Assembly (NCBI GenBank): GCA_013239625.1
Contig: MU054338.1
Location: 6,178,724 to 6,242,723 of the forward strand
Reading direction: 5' to 3'
DNA from: Lama guanicoe
Lineage: Eukaryota
DNA: 64,000 bases
Positions 1 to 15,659 of the stretch are shown here, piece after piece. Under the pieces are notes generated by a model. It did not search any database. It was not told where the DNA came from and saw only the letters and a program-made list of their open reading frames with translations. Both the position numbers and the translations under genes were made by a program. How positions within the stretch are numbered: position 1 is the first letter of the stretch; the number at the start of each line of letters is the position of its first letter.

Positions 1-122
<122 letters not shown>

Positions 123-1559
123 CTACCGAAAGATCAGCCCACGTCACCTCAGGTCACCCCCGGGGACGGGCATAGGCTCCCGGGGGAGAAGACACTTTTG
201 GAAACACTTTGGTTTTATAACCCTCATGCTTGCTTCCGATCCCGAAACGAGTCATGCCTTTTATTAGCATCTTCTTTTAGTTGCTCAGTATATGACTTCC
301 AGACTTCCTAGCACAGTATCCTGCCACTGCTTTTTGAGGATATCTCAGTATTCTGTACTTGTCTTGCTGCTGGTAGATTCCACCTGCACCAGCTCCCCTT
401 ACACAATGTACACTACTAAATCAGTTTTTCACTTGAATTTCCTAGGTATCAAACATTTTATAGGCAACCTTCAATATTTATTGCTCTTGATTTACTTCCA
501 GCTTTACTGACATGGCCAAAATGTCTAAAATATGTCAAAGAATACTGGAGACAACAAGAATCATTGTTTACTAAGAGGTTTTCTATAAACTTATAAATTA
601 AGTATGAGCGTTATACTTCATTAAAGGGATTTTTTGCCATTTACAGAGCAGATAATAAAGGGGATTTGGTGTGACTGATAAAATACACTCACATACATTT
701 CCCAATATTAAAGATATTAAACCATCTTTGTATTCCTGTATAAATCACACAAAATGTGTGTGTTAATGGAACTGCTATAAAACTTTTTAAAAAATCAATA
801 ATTAATCTGTTAAATTATTTCAATCAAAACCCAGTGGGATTTCCCTTGGAGCATACAAAATGATTTTATAGATCATCTGGAATAATGAACAGGTGAGGAC
901 AGCACAAACATTATGGCAAAAAAAAAAAAAAAACACCTGGTAAAGACTTATCCTGGTTGATATTACATTGTCAGGAGTTAAAACAGGGGTAAGAATCCTG
1001 GCTAAGTCCTAGTGAGGAGGTCAGCAAATTTTCCCCTAGAAAGTGACCTTAAAGCTGGATAAAAATGGCACAGACAAGCATTTCAGAGCTCCAGGAGTCT
1101 GAGAAGCATTAATGCCTAAAAAACCGCTGAGCTCTGGGTAAGAAGAGTAGGAGTCTGCAGCGTTCTCACTTGGGGGTGCTTTCACCTCCCCAACCCCCAG
1201 CTCCAACATGAAGGCTGCACTGGGGTGGGGAGGCCACAAGGCCTGGCAGCTGAGGCTCCTGGGGACCTAGTCATGTTGCAGCAGTGGGTGATGCCCGGGC
1301 CAGCAGCACTGTCAGTGGAGGTGAGGACCTCAGCCACAGGCAGGGAAAGCATATTACTGGCTGAGGCTGTGCATGTGTACAGAAGAAATGAGAAAGGGCC
1401 CAGCAGAAAGTAAAAGCGAGGGTTGACTTGAAAATGGCCCAGACTTGGAACATTTTCTTCACACACACCGATCCACTGCAGGAGACAGAAGCCTTGCTGG
1501 CTCCAGATATCTGAGTACAATCTCTGCCCAGTCGTTGGATGACTACTTAGTTATGAAGA

Positions 1560-4500
1560 GACACAGCCCATTCCTAAAGAACCAGGATTAACGATGAAAA
1601 TGAGAAAAAAACAGAAACAATCAACTGAGCAGAGATACCAAAAGCAGCACACATCCAGGGGAAACAATTCTATCCAGAGATTCAGCCTAGATAATCTACT
1701 AAACAAATAAAAACACCAAAAGGAACCCACAGGACTGGAGGTCAGAATCCAGAGTGGCTAAAATAGGCTTCCACTAAACATTATAAGACAAGCGAAAAAG
1801 AAGGAGAGTATGATTCAAACTCAGGGGAAAAAGCAGTCAGTTGAGCTTGTCTCTGTTCCCAGATGGTGGACTTAACGTACAATCTTCCAAGCAGCTATTA
1901 CTATAAATATGTTCAAAGCTACAGTACATATAATTCAAAGAAATAAATGAAACCATCCTAAAGGAGAATAAATCAACAAATACAGAATCTCAACAGAGGA
2001 CAGAAATGATAAATATTACAAATTTGATGAAAAACATGAAACTACCCAGCCAAGAAGCTAAACAGACACTAAGAGGAATAAACACAAAGAGGGAGTTCAC
2101 AGCAAATCTGCTAAAGGCCAAAGACAAAGAGAAGATCCTGAATGAAAGAAAATGAACCACCAAGTACAAAGGGGCATCAAGTTAATTAGTGGCTGAATTC
2201 TCACCTGAAACAAGAGGTCAGAAAGCAATGAAATGATACATTCAAAAGGAAAAAAAGATTGGCAACAAAGAATTCTATGTCCAGCTAAAGCATCTTCCAG
2301 AATGAAAGCTAAAGTATCACAATCCCAGATAAAGACTGAGAGAAGTTTGCTGCTAGCAGACATGCCTTATAATAAGTGCTGAAAGAAGTCTTTCAAGCCG
2401 AGAGGAAATGACAGGAGAGAGTAACTTGAATCCATAAGGAGAAATAAAGAACATCAGAAATGGTAAATAAATGTATCAGTATAAAAGACTTTAAATATAC
2501 TTCCTCTGATTTCTTCTCTTCTAACTTCTTTAGACTAAGTCATAAGATTATACAAGGTATTAATTAAAAGATTGTACTGTTGAGTTTATAACATATATAG
2601 ATGTAACATATGTGACCATAACAGCACAAAGGAAGGAGAGAAAATGGAGCTAAAACAGAACAAAACTTTCGTATTTTACCAGAATGTACTTAGTATTAAC
2701 CTGAAGCATATGATGATAAATTAAGATGCATAATGCAATTCCCAGAGCAACTACAAACAGAGTAACTTTAAAAACGTAGCAAAAATTAAAACATACAGAA
2801 TAAATTAAATAAAATAAATAAATAAAGTTAACACAAAAGGCAGCAGTAAAGGAAGAAAAAAATAGCAAAGAAAAGAAATAGCAAAATGGCAAATATTAAC
2901 CCAGTCGTATCAATAACTACACTACATGTGAACTCTAAAACTCAACCAAAAGGCAGACACTGTCATACTAAATACAAAAGCAAGATCTAGCTACATGCTA
3001 TTTTAGATTCAAATGGACAGACAGGCTTAAAGTAAAAGAAAGAAAAACTGTATGCCATGCAAACAGTAACCATATAAAAGGTGGAGTGATCACACTGATA
3101 CTGGACAAAATAGACTTTAATGCAAGAAATGTTACTAGAGACAAAAAGATATTTAATAATGACAAAATATTAAATACATCAGAAATATATAACTAAGCAT
3201 ACCTGTGAAGAAAGCATCAAAATACACAAAGCAAAACACTGCAGAATTTAAAGAACAGCAATTCAACAAAAATCATTACAGATTCTACTGCTTTATTCTC
3301 AGCAAGTGATAGAAAAACTAGACAAAACTCAGCACAGATACACGACCTGAACAACTCTATGCACCATCTTAACTTACCAACTATATACACGGAATATTCC
3401 ATTCTAAAATTACAAAATTCTATCCACATGAACATGTAACATTTGCCAGGAAGCTAAGCCACAAAGTAAGTCTCAATAAACTTTAAAAAGTTAGGATCAT
3501 ATAAAGCACATTCTTATGAATTAAATTAGCAATAAAAAGTAGAAAATCTACAAAATCATCAAATGTTTCATATTTAACAGCACACTTAAATGTGTGTTTT
3601 AAAAGAGAAATCACAAGGGAAATTAGAATATACTTTGAATGGAATAAAAACAAAAACAACGTATCAAAATTTATGGCTTACAGCTTTAAGCATTATTTAG
3701 AGCAAACTTTATAGCTTTAAACTCACAAATCAGTGGGAAAAAAGTCTCAAATCAATAACCTAAGCTTAGAATGACTAGCAAAAAATGAAAGACAAATTAC
3801 TAATTTACCAAAATTAGCAATGAAAGCAGTATCACTGCCAGTCCCATAGAGATACAGTAATAAAGAACTACCATAAATAACTTTATGCCAACAAATAACT
3901 AAGGTGAAATGGACATATTTCTGGAAAGACACAAATCACTAAAACTGACTCAAGAAACAGAAAATTCTCAATAAAACCTGTAATAGCTAATTGGAATAGT
4001 AATTAAAAATCTTCTCACAGAGAAAAGAGCAAGATCGGATGGCTTCACTAATGAATTCTATCAAATGTTTTAAGATGTATACCAATCCTTCACAAACCTC
4101 TTACAGAAAAAAGGGAAGAAGAGAACATTTTCTAATTCATTCCAGGAGGACAATGTTGACCTAATATCAAAGCCAGACAAAGCTATCTCAAGAGAACTAC
4201 TAGAGACTAGTATCCCTCATGAACATACACCCCAAAGCCCTCAACAAAATAAAAACAGCGATATACAGAAAAAATTTTACACCACGACAATGTTGGAAAA
4301 TTAATTTACGTAATAAAGCACATTAACAGACAAAGGACAAAAGTTATATAATCGGCTTAGTAGAGAAAAGTATGAGACGGAATCTAGCCCACTCATGACA
4401 AAAACTCGCAATAAACCAGGAACAGAAGAGAATTTACTTGACCCGACAAGGGGCATCCATGGAACACCTGCAGCCAACATCAAGCAACAGTGACAGACCA

Positions 4501-6500
4501 ACTGCATTACCGTTTTTCCTTTCAGCATTATTTTTACCACCAGAAACAAACCAAGGATATTTGCTCTAAACACTTTTACTCAACGTTGTACTGAAGGATC
4601 TACCCAGTGAAATAAGGTAAGAAAAAGAAATTAAAGGCACACAGATGGGAAAGGAAAAAGTAAAACTATGGTTATTTATGAATGACATGATCCTGTATGT
4701 GAAACTCCTAAGGAATCAAACAAATAAACAAAAAAAAACCCTACTGGAATCACCAATATGAGTTCAGCAAGTTTGTGGAACACAACATCTACAATGTATA
4801 TAATTGTACTTCCATGTAACAGCAACAAAATATCTGAAAATAAAGAAAACAATTCTATTTACAGTAGCATAAAGAATAAAATACTTAAGAATAAATTTAA
4901 CAACAGCAAAAAGCAAAAACTGTACTCTGAAAACTACAAAACATGGCTAAGAGAAATTAAGGATGATCAGAATAAATGGAGACATTTCATGGTCATGGAT
5001 TGGAAGACTAAATATTGTTAAGATGTGATGCTCCCAGAACTGATCTATAGATTCAACACAATACCAATAAAAATCCCAGCAAGCCATTTTGTAGATGAGC
5101 TGACCCTAAAACGTATATGGAAATGCAAAAGATCCAGAAAAGCCAACAGAGCAAAGAAGATGGAGGCCTAATGCCACCTCGTTTCTTATTATAAGCAACA
5201 ATAATCAAGACAGTGTGGTCAAGGCACAGAGATAGACAGATTAACAGAAAAACTCTGAGAGTCAGAAACAAACCTTTACGTTTATGGTCAACTGATTTTC
5301 CACAAAGTTGCCAAGAATGATGGTAATGTGGATATCCATATGCAAAAAGCAAAAACAAAAAACTTAAACCTGTACCTCAGACCACACACAAAAATCAACT
5401 CAACTGTGACCCTAAACATAAGAGCTTGTATATGAAACTTCGAGAAGAAAACATAAGAGAAAAACCTTCGTGACTTCTAACAGTTCTTAGATACAATGCC
5501 AAAGGCACAATTCATAAAATAAAAAAATCAATAAATGAATTTCATCAAAATGAAACACTTGCATTTCAAAAGATGTTGCGCTGAGGGGAGGGGGAAAGGC
5601 AAACGGACTGGGAGAAGACATGTGCAAGTTAAATATCTGATCAGAGACACGTATCAATAATATAGAAAGAATTCTTACAACTCTATGATGAGATGACAAA
5701 CAATCCAATTAAAAATGGGCAAAAGACTTCAAGAGATTTTCAACAAAGAAGATACATGAATGGTGCATAAATATTTGAAAAGATGTTTAACATCATTACT
5801 TACTGGGAAAATGCAAAGCAAAACCATAATGAGATACCACTACACACCCACTATGATGGCTATAATGAAAAGGACAGATAATACCAAGTGTTGTCAAGGA
5901 TATGGAGAAACTGGAACCTGTGCAAAAGGTACAATCACTTTAGGCAACAGTCTGGCAATTCCTTAAAAAGTTCAACATAAACTTACCATATGGCCCAGCA
6001 ATGCCACTCCTAAGCATCTACTTCAAACAAATGAAAACACATGTCCACACAAAGACATGTATGTGAATGTTCAGAGCAGTGTGATTCATAATTGCAAAAC
6101 ATGGAAAAAACACAAATGCCCAATTGGTGAATCGATAAAGCGTGGTATATCCACACAATGTGACATGATTCAGGAATAAAACTTTTGATATACAGACAAC
6201 ATGGGTCAAACTCAAAAGCATTCTAAGTGAGAGAAGCCAAACACAAAATACTATATGTTGTATGATTCCATTTATGTGTAATTCTGGAAAAGACCAGTGG
6301 TTTCCTGGGGCTGGAGGAGGTAGCAAGAACAAATTATAAACGGGTGGGAGGAAGCCTTTTGGGGTGATAGAAACATTGTAAAGCTGGTGTAGAGTGATGA
6401 CTGTGCAATTCTATAAATTCACTAAAAAGCAATAAATTATACTTTTACTATGGGTACATTTTATAGTTTGTAAATTATATCTCCATAAAGCTATTTTAAA
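1560..6500 (+). mobile_element. Old, decayed, long LINE-1 (ORF1 remnant, ORF2 EN/RT remnants, 3' UTR) in SMARCA4 intron 13
   Basis: A-rich plus strand; ORF2-like peptides LYSENYKTWLREIKDDQNKWR and KRCLTSLLTGKMQSKTIMRYHYTP; many stops and frameshifts. Confidence 0.9.
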
Positions 6501-7469
6501 AATTTTAACAAAATGCTATTGGTCTAAGAATCATTAGAATTTTAAAAGAAACCGAAAAGTATATAAACTATACCTCAAATAAATAGATAAATAAAATAAA
6601 AACCAAAAAAAAAATTAAATTTAAAATTTTTTTAAAAAAAGAAAGAAACTGAACAGGTAGCCCTAAAAATATACCAGTGGATATAAAAACCTAATATATT
6701 AATTTTTTAAAATATCACAGGTCAATGGGGAAGGGATGGACTAACAGTGTACCACTTGGCTTAATTCTCCTGGGAGGGGGAAGAATGTACTTCACCTCAT
6801 ACCTACCCAAATCCCAGATACCTGGAGAGGTATTAGCGAGTGTAGTACAAACAGGACTACCAAACCAAAAGAAAGACATGGGTGACCATCAAGCTGATTT
6901 TGGGCTGGGGTAAATGCACAAGGAACACTTAAAAATTCAGTTAAAAAACATTCACAACTGATGAGAAATAAGCATAGGAAGCAAACCATTCACAGAAGAA
7001 ATCTAAATGGTCAGTGAATACCTGAAAAAATGTTTAACCTTAATGGCAAAGATGTGCCCATTAACATTCCCTTTTTCAAAACTGAGGGAGGTGGCAAAGC
7101 TTTTTAAAAGCATTGTAAGACACTCGCACCCCGGCTGAAGGAGGAGTGCAGGAGAACCCCCTTCTGGATGCTAACTGTGCAGAATGAGCCCTGCCTTCAG
7201 ATGTTGCAGCCCCAGGGCTCCCTCTGAATCACCCTTCCTGAGGAGGCCGTCCAAGACAGGGAGGGACAAGGCTCTCGTGAAAGCCTGTCAACCAGGGAAA
7301 ATCTAAACATCACCGTAACCTGGCATAATCAAATGATTCAGAGAAGATACACAATAAATGTGACAGTTTATAATGTTTCCAAAGAACAGATTATAATGGG
7401 CAAACTTGTACATGACTTATTGCTCACAATTTCATACTGATTTTTCTGGAGGGGAGAGCTGTTGGGTAC

Positions 7470-7581
7470 CTGAAATGTGACTAGTATGACTAAGGACATA
7501 TGAATGAGGACTTTTACATTTAATTTAATTAAAATGGAAGCAGTGCTGTGTGGCTCGAGGCTACTGTATTGGACAGAGCAG
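7470..7581. mobile_element. MER3/MER33-like hAT-Charlie fragment
   Basis: Terminus tgtggctcgaggctactgtattggacagagcag. Confidence 0.55.
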
Positions 7582-7712
7582 CTCCAAAGCACCAACTTTC
7601 AGCCAGGATGGGGCCTCAGCTGCCCTCTGCCCACCCCCTGGCCCATACGATGCCTGGCTGGAGCGGGAGGGGGTCACAGAGCCCGATCGACAGCCAGGAA
7701 GTGAACTCTTAC

Positions 7713-7770
7713 CTCCTCCTCTTCTTCGGAGCCACTCTCTTCACTATCAGATCTTGGAGCTACTTCATAC
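7713..7770 (-). CDS. SMARCA4: SMARCA4 coding exon 13 (YEVAPRSDSEESGSEEEEE)
   Basis: tttttctag acceptor, gtaaga donor, 58 nt, frame continuous. Confidence 0.95.
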
Positions 7771-7947
7771 CTAGAAAAAAATATTGGTGTTTTAATATAA
7801 ATCTCCCCAGAACCAGCATGACTCACTTTTCTTAGCAAACTGGCCCTTTTCAAATGTAAGCAAAATCACTCCCAGCTGCTAGGTGCCCTGAATGAGGCCA
7901 ATAGCTGACTCAGGTCCCGCTGCGTCTGGGACATGAGGTCCCACTCA

Positions 7948-8127
<180 letters not shown>

Positions 8128-8949
8128 TCAGGCGTCCTCTAACCGTGGCCAACTGGGGAAGTGCCATTCCAACTCCATGCTCAAAAAAGAGCACACAAAC
8201 GTGACCAACGATTGTGGAGAAAGGTTAACTGTGTATTAATCATTCAGTAAAGATACATATGACACAATGATGACAGCTGCTTCTTTGAAGGAACTGATAG
8301 ACATGTTTTCAAATAGATAATTTAATCATATAGCCCCAAATTCAAGAGTATAGAGTGTGGGCTCACCCCATCCCTGTCGCCTCGTCTGACAACGTGTCTT
8401 CGTGACCCCCCAACAGTATCAGTTTCCAGTGCTTTCTTCCAGACCAATTCCACACGTAAGAAACAAGGATTCAGGTATCCCCCGACGAATGATTACACTA
8501 TTCCCATTCTCCTGGCCCTTGATTTTTTCCACTTACACTGTCTTTGCAGACTTCATCAGGGATTCTTACTCTTCTCTGTTAAACAACTAACTAGAATACT
8601 TGAAAAATAAAACAACTTCCTTTTAGCAACAAATATGGAATTCCTTGATTTCTTATTTTGAGTTATCAACTTTGGAGGACATCCTCAAATTTCCAGGAGA
8701 CCTTCAGGACAAGGATGAGGATGGAAACCTCTGTCTGTATCTACCAGGAACTTATACCCCTCCCTCTAGAGCTGCATTCGCCGTCAACACTGGCCCACAG
8801 CAGAGATTTGTCTCCATGCGTGTCAAAATCCCATCTTAAAGCAGCCCACCACAGAGGGGGACGGCAACCCCCCACCGCCACGAACAAGCTCTGAGGGCTG
8901 CCTCAATCAGTGACTTTCATCCCCGTGTCCTTCCTGGGAGCAGTTAGGG

Positions 8950-9076
8950 TGCTGATGGTGGGACCTCCCCATCCCCACAATTCTGACTGAACTGCTCTGG
9001 GGTGGGGCTTGGTCCTCCCTGTTTTTCCAAAGCTCCGTAGGTGATTTGAGTGTCCAGCCAAGGCTGAGAACCACTG
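8950..9076. mobile_element. MER5-like hAT-Charlie fragment
   Basis: ggtgatttga...ggctgagaaccactg terminus. Confidence 0.55.
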
Positions 9077-9382
9077 GGCGAGAACAAGGACAATCAACAG
9101 CTGTCATCAAGTGATGCTTCCCGTTACTAAACAGGATGAGCAGCTGCCGTGATTACCCAACAGAATTCCCTGAACCACACTTTCCTGCTATAGGACTCCC
9201 TCTGAATACCCCCAAATGGCCTTGTGAAGGCTATATGCTGCAGTAAAAGGCCAGCCCAAGTTTCCCTTAAGAAATTTCAATTTAACATTTCAAATAAAAC
9301 CACATGAAGTAAATACATATTTGACTTAATCACTATCGTCATTCATTTCTGGGAATCTGGCTAATTAGAAAAAGTGTGCATC

Positions 9383-9735
9383 TGCTATGGAATGAATTGT
9401 ATTCCCTCCCAAATTCACATGCTGAAGCCCCAGCTCTCCAGTGTAACTGTATTTGGAGATGGGGCCCTCGGGAGGTAATCAGGGTTAAATTAGGTCATAA
9501 GGGTGGGGCCCTCATGATGGGATCAGTGCCTCCAGAAGAAACACCAGCTCTTGCTCTCTTTCCCCCCATGTGAGGACACGGCCAGAAGGCAGTAGTCTAC
9601 AAGCCAGGAAGAGTCCTCACCAGGAGCCAATCTTGCTGTTCCTTGATTTTGGATTTCCAGCCTCTAGGATTATAAGAACACATAGTTCCACCTTTTAAGC
9701 CACCTAGGTGTTTTGTGATGGCAGCCCAAGCGAAG
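9383..9735 (+). mobile_element. MLT1A/B-like MaLR solo LTR
   Basis: tgctatggaatgaattgt start, tgtgaggacac core, ttgtgatggcagccc end. Confidence 0.8.
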
Positions 9736-9749
9736 AGAGCATCAAAAGG

Positions 9750-12020
9750 TAACATACAAGGAGGCTCATTACAACGTGTGCAATAGAAAGACGGGAAACA
9801 ATGGAAACAGCCACCAATAGGGGAGTGGGGATATGGCTGTGCATCCGAGCTGCTCAGGGCTGGACCTCTGAAACAACTACCAATGGAAAGCAACCTAAAT
9901 AGTTCTCAATAAGAACAATGAAATAGATTCTGCTATATGAATACAATAAAATGAAAACAGAACTAATGGCTTGACATGGAAAGTGGCCCATGATACCCTG
10001 CTAAGCAGGAAAAGTGTAGCTATGTCTAGATTGACCCAAAGGGTCCCCAAAAAAGCAAAGACTGTAAGCACAAAGGTTTCTGGAAGGGTGCAGAGGAAAC
10101 ACCCAGGGGTCAGTATGCAGGCTCCTGAGAGGACAGGCAGCACGGGGCTTGCACTTTTCATGTTATCATTTAAGGCTCTTTCTACAAGAAGTATTATTAC
10201 ATTTACGATTTTAAGAAGCAAGCAATGGTCACCTCTCTAACACAGTGACATTAGGGAAGTAAGTGTGCATGAGCTAACACGGAAAGACTAATGCAGTGCC
10301 AGGCGGGGGTGAAAAGCCATTCGGCGGTGCGTGCACAGAAAGGGTCCCGGAGCACACACAGACAGCTCCCTGTGGTTTCGCTCCAGGAAGCGGGACTGAG
10401 GAGAAGCTGGAGGAGGGGGAAAAGGAAACACTTTTTATTCATACACCTCTCTTCCAAATGAGTATGTTAAGTGAGAATGGCTGCCTTTAGGGAGAGGAGA
10501 GGTTGTGGGAAAGATGGGCCTGTGGGGACAGCAGCCCCTCCCTGGGTCACTTTGGACGTTTCTGACTTTTGGAACCAGGCTAGTATTTCACATACTAAAC
10601 ACACAAACGGTGAGCAAATAAATAAAACCAACAAGGGTGGGGGGAACCTCACGAATGAGGGCACGAGAGAGAACTAATCTTCTGAACGCGGTTTTTGGAG
10701 CGTGTACTTTCAGTCCCAAACACTGACCTCTAGCTAGGAGGCTTCTTCTGCAGGGGGGTACTTGTTAGCCATTCTGAATGTGCTTCCTGTGTGCTCTAGG
10801 ACCGAGCAATGAGTGGCAGATGGGAGCCAGGTTTGAGACTATTACAATATGGATAGGGAGAATGACAGAGAGAACCCTGTGGTATTGGATTAGAATGAGA
10901 GAAATCAGTGTGACCTCAAGGTTGTTAATATGTATAATTAGCAATGCAGCTGTGTGTGCGTACATACATCTGTTTCCTAGGTCTGTCTGCTGAGAGGGCC
11001 CAGAAGCAATGACACTTTGGTGGTAATGAGCACACCTGGATCTTGGTTTCTGAGTATTCTTCTGATTAAAGAAATCAAGGCTCTTGGAGAAATGGCTGAG
11101 TCCAGGACTCAGGCAGGGAGACAAGATAAGCCTGGGCCGTTTTTGTGTGTGAAAAAGTCAGAAAGCCCTCAAAGATTGATGGAAAGCCCTCAAAGATTGA
11201 TGGGGACACGTCAAAGGATGTAGGAGCCAATGTGAAGGGACTCCTACTTGCCCAAACTGGAAACATTTGAGCATTAAAATAAATGATGATACGGCAGAAT
11301 TAAACTAAGTAAATCCATTAAACTAAATAAGAATCCATGAGTCGGAACCAGGGGTTGGCAAACTATGGCCCATAGACCAAATAACAAAGAAGGGAAAACT
11401 TTTCCTTCCTGTAAAAAGCCGATAAATGCAAAAGGAATGATGGGGAGGAAAAATCACCATTTTGTAACCATTACTGCAAAAGCTGATACAGGCAAAGATA
11501 ATGGATGCAGAAACCAGCTGGGTGAAAGTTTGAGTTACAATCTGTTTACGTAGTCTGAGCAGCTCTCCACAAGGTACTTAATAACTACAAAAGGAAGCTG
11601 GAGATGCCTTGGCAGACAGCAAGAGATCAAGGTTAACATCGCCAGTGAGAGAAGAGCTGTACGCCACACCCCCCTCCATGTGACACAGGGAGAAGCGCAC
11701 TGCATCACCTCAGGGCTTTCTGTTGCTGTGAAGGACACTGGAGGGTCAACCGGTGAAACCTTAACAAGGGCTATGGATTAGATCACAGCGCTGCATCAAC
11801 ATTCATTTCCTGGTTTTGAGCCTCGTACAGTCATGGAAAAGAACAGCCTTGCTTTTAGGACGTACGTCCTGAAACACACAGAAGCATAAGGTGCCGTCAC
11901 ATCTGCATCTGACTATCAAATGGTTTATGAAAAAAATGACATGTGAAAAGCAGGAATCTGGGTGAAGGAATTCTCTGTACCGTTCTTACGCCTCTCCTGT
12001 GAGTTTGAAATTTTAAAGTA
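9750..12020 (+). mobile_element. Old L1 (L1ME/L1MC-like) 3' end fragments
   Basis: gggcccagaagcaatgacac, ggctcttggagaaatggctga, ggaattctctgtac motifs; interspersed with other sequence. Confidence 0.6.
11161..11202. repeat. Perfect 21-bp tandem duplication gaaagccctcaaagattgatg x2
   Basis: Seen directly. Confidence 0.9.
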
Positions 12021-12270
12021 AAAACTGAAACATAAATAACAGCACACGCATAGAAAAAGGCTTGGAAGGAAACACAGCCAAGAGCACATAGTGTCCTCTC
12101 TGGGGACTGGGACAGAGAAGGGGGAGTGTAGCAGAGGACACACATGGATTCTTACCATTGCCATATACAGCTTTTATAATTTAAGAGAAAAAAATATGTT
12201 AAAGATGAAACAGACCTAATTTCTGGGGCTGGGCTGGCATTTCCACAAAGAGAAAGCTCTGGTTTCTTAC

Positions 12271-12321
12271 CTCGCCGTCAGGTCCAATTGCAGGTGTCTG
12301 TCCTTCTGCGTTTTCTGCCTT
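12271..12321 (-). CDS. SMARCA4: SMARCA4 coding exon 11 (KAENAEGQTPAIGPDGE)
   Basis: ttccag acceptor, gtaaga donor, 51 nt. Confidence 0.95.
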
Positions 12322-12346
12322 CTGGAAGGGAAGAGAGACACAGTCA

Positions 12347-12676
<330 letters not shown>

Positions 12677-13678
12677 TTATTAACCAGCAGCTGCACCCAT
12701 TTAGGGAGCACGGAGCTCACACCCGGAGCTGTGCTGTATTCACACCCTTCACATGACTACTGGCTCCCCTTCAGTGTTTCCCCAGTTCCCACCCAGCACT
12801 AGGCCCCGCAGGACCTGCTGGACAGACATGCTCCTGCCAGAAGCATGTAAAAGTCCTGTCCTTGCTGAGCACAAACACACCCAGATCCCAACCCTGCTCT
12901 CCACCTAGTCTGTGCCACATCACTCTCACAGACCCCCGAAGCAAGCCTGTCCCAGCTCTCTGAGAAAACACCGGACCACGTCGTGTGCCCCCTCCCTCAG
13001 CTTACAGCCCCACCCGAGGCTTCCCATCCTGGTCAGAACTGAAACCAAAGCCCGCCTCATGGCCTGCAAGGCCCTACGTGACTGTCCTTGGGACTCCAAC
13101 CTCACTCTGCTCTGCACCGTGCTGCTTCAGGGGCTACTGGCTGGGCCTTGCACACGGCATTCTCCCACCTCAGGCCTCTGCCCTCGGCTCCCCTACTGCT
13201 GGGAGACGCTTCCCCCAGGTCTCTGCATTCAAGGGTCAGGCCCACCCTGCCTGGACCATCCTCTCCCTCATCCTGCTTCATTCTTCTCAGTGCGCTTTTC
13301 ACCATCTGAACTCTTCGGCTTGTTCCAATTGGGCATCTGTCTTTCCAGGGCCAGCATGAGCCCCATCAGGGCAGGGACTGCACCCTTCTCACCACCATGG
13401 CCTCGACCACACAGCAGTGCCTGTCAACATCGGCCCGACTAGAGAACCCTCTGTGAATACGTGGTCACACACAAAGGGTCGGGGTGGGAGTCAGGCTCAC
13501 AGCACTGGGGGCTCTCCCACCAGGAGCGGGTCCACCTCCACTTCTCAGAGAGCACAAAGCAGCCAGCTAACTGGCCAAGGTCACGTGGTCACTGATGGTG
13601 GAGTGACCCAGCAGAGGTCTGAGGCCAGGTCTTTCGGACTCCTAAGCCCAAGCCCTTTCCTTCTCTGTCCTGCCTCTA

Positions 13679-13987
<309 letters not shown>

Positions 13988-14307
13988 CTATGGGACAGGA
14001 GTCACTGGATCCTTGCTCTCTACAGAACACTGGGACCCATTTCAGGCCCAAGGCCTTTGCACCTGCCCCATCGATCTGGAAAGCGCCTTGCACACACATC
14101 TGCATGGCTCCCTCCCTCGGGGCTCCACTCAGACCTCACCTCCGCAGGGAGAACCTCCCATCCTGAGTAAACGGCTCCTCCATCTCTCCTTATCCCCACT
14201 CATGTTCCCTACACCCTATTACCTCCCAGCATGTTACACGTGCATTTGATTATGACCCACCTTCCCCTACTATTTGGTTTTGTCCGCGGACATATTCTTA
14301 GTCTCTA

Positions 14308-14796
<489 letters not shown>

Positions 14797-15114
14797 TCAA
14801 CCACAAACAACATTTCTCACAGGTCGTTCGAAAGTAAAGGACCCTCAGAAATAGACCCATCCAAGTCCCCTGCTTCAGACTGGCCACTGCCACCTGAGGG
14901 AAGACCCACATTTATTCATCCCGTGAATGGTCAATGTCCCCCCGACGGGCGGGGCGTGGGGAGGAAGGAGCGCACAGTGAGTGGGGGTGGGCACTGCTGC
15001 TGTCAATGGCCAGGGCACATTTAATCACTGCCGGGTGAGCAGCTCTCTAATCTAAGCATAAACATCAACAGAAAGGGCCCTCTTCCTGAAACAACAGCCC
15101 GCGCCTGCGCCCAC

Positions 15115-15241
15115 CTGCCTCTGGAAGTTCAGCAGCCTGAGGGCCTTGAGCTCGATGGTCGCTTTGGTACGCAAATCCCCGGCCAGGGACCCGGGAAGGT
15201 TTTCAAGTTCCTGAATTCGGTGTGCGATGCGAGCCTGTAGC
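15115..15241 (-). CDS. SMARCA4: SMARCA4 coding exon 7 ([42 protein letters not shown])
   Basis: ccctag acceptor, gtgggc donor, 127 nt. Confidence 0.96.
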
Positions 15242-15659
15242 CTAGGGTGCAAAGACAGAAAAGAGGACAGGTGATGAGAGGTCTCGCCTGTTTACAAGGA
15301 ACCCACTTGTTCCCTTTCTTTAAAGCTGTAGCTTTAGGAGAATCTATCCCTTGACGAAGGCTGATACTAGTCACTAGACAGGAGATGGCTCAGGAAAGGA
15401 TGCCAGCTGCTGCACAGACCACACACAGGAGGGCAGCACGGAGGTCTTGGGAGCCGCGGCAAACAGGAAACCTGACAGGGCACAGCCGACCTATGGCACT
15501 TCAGCAGCATGAGCCAGCCCCTGGAGTCAGGCGGGCCAGGGTCTCCATCTCAACCCTGCGAATCTACCTAGCCCATGAGCCTCATGAACTCAGCTATAAA
15601 CTGAGGAGAACCTGCAGAGCAACCCTACAGGCTTGGTCTTAATAAGGGTGATAATCCCC

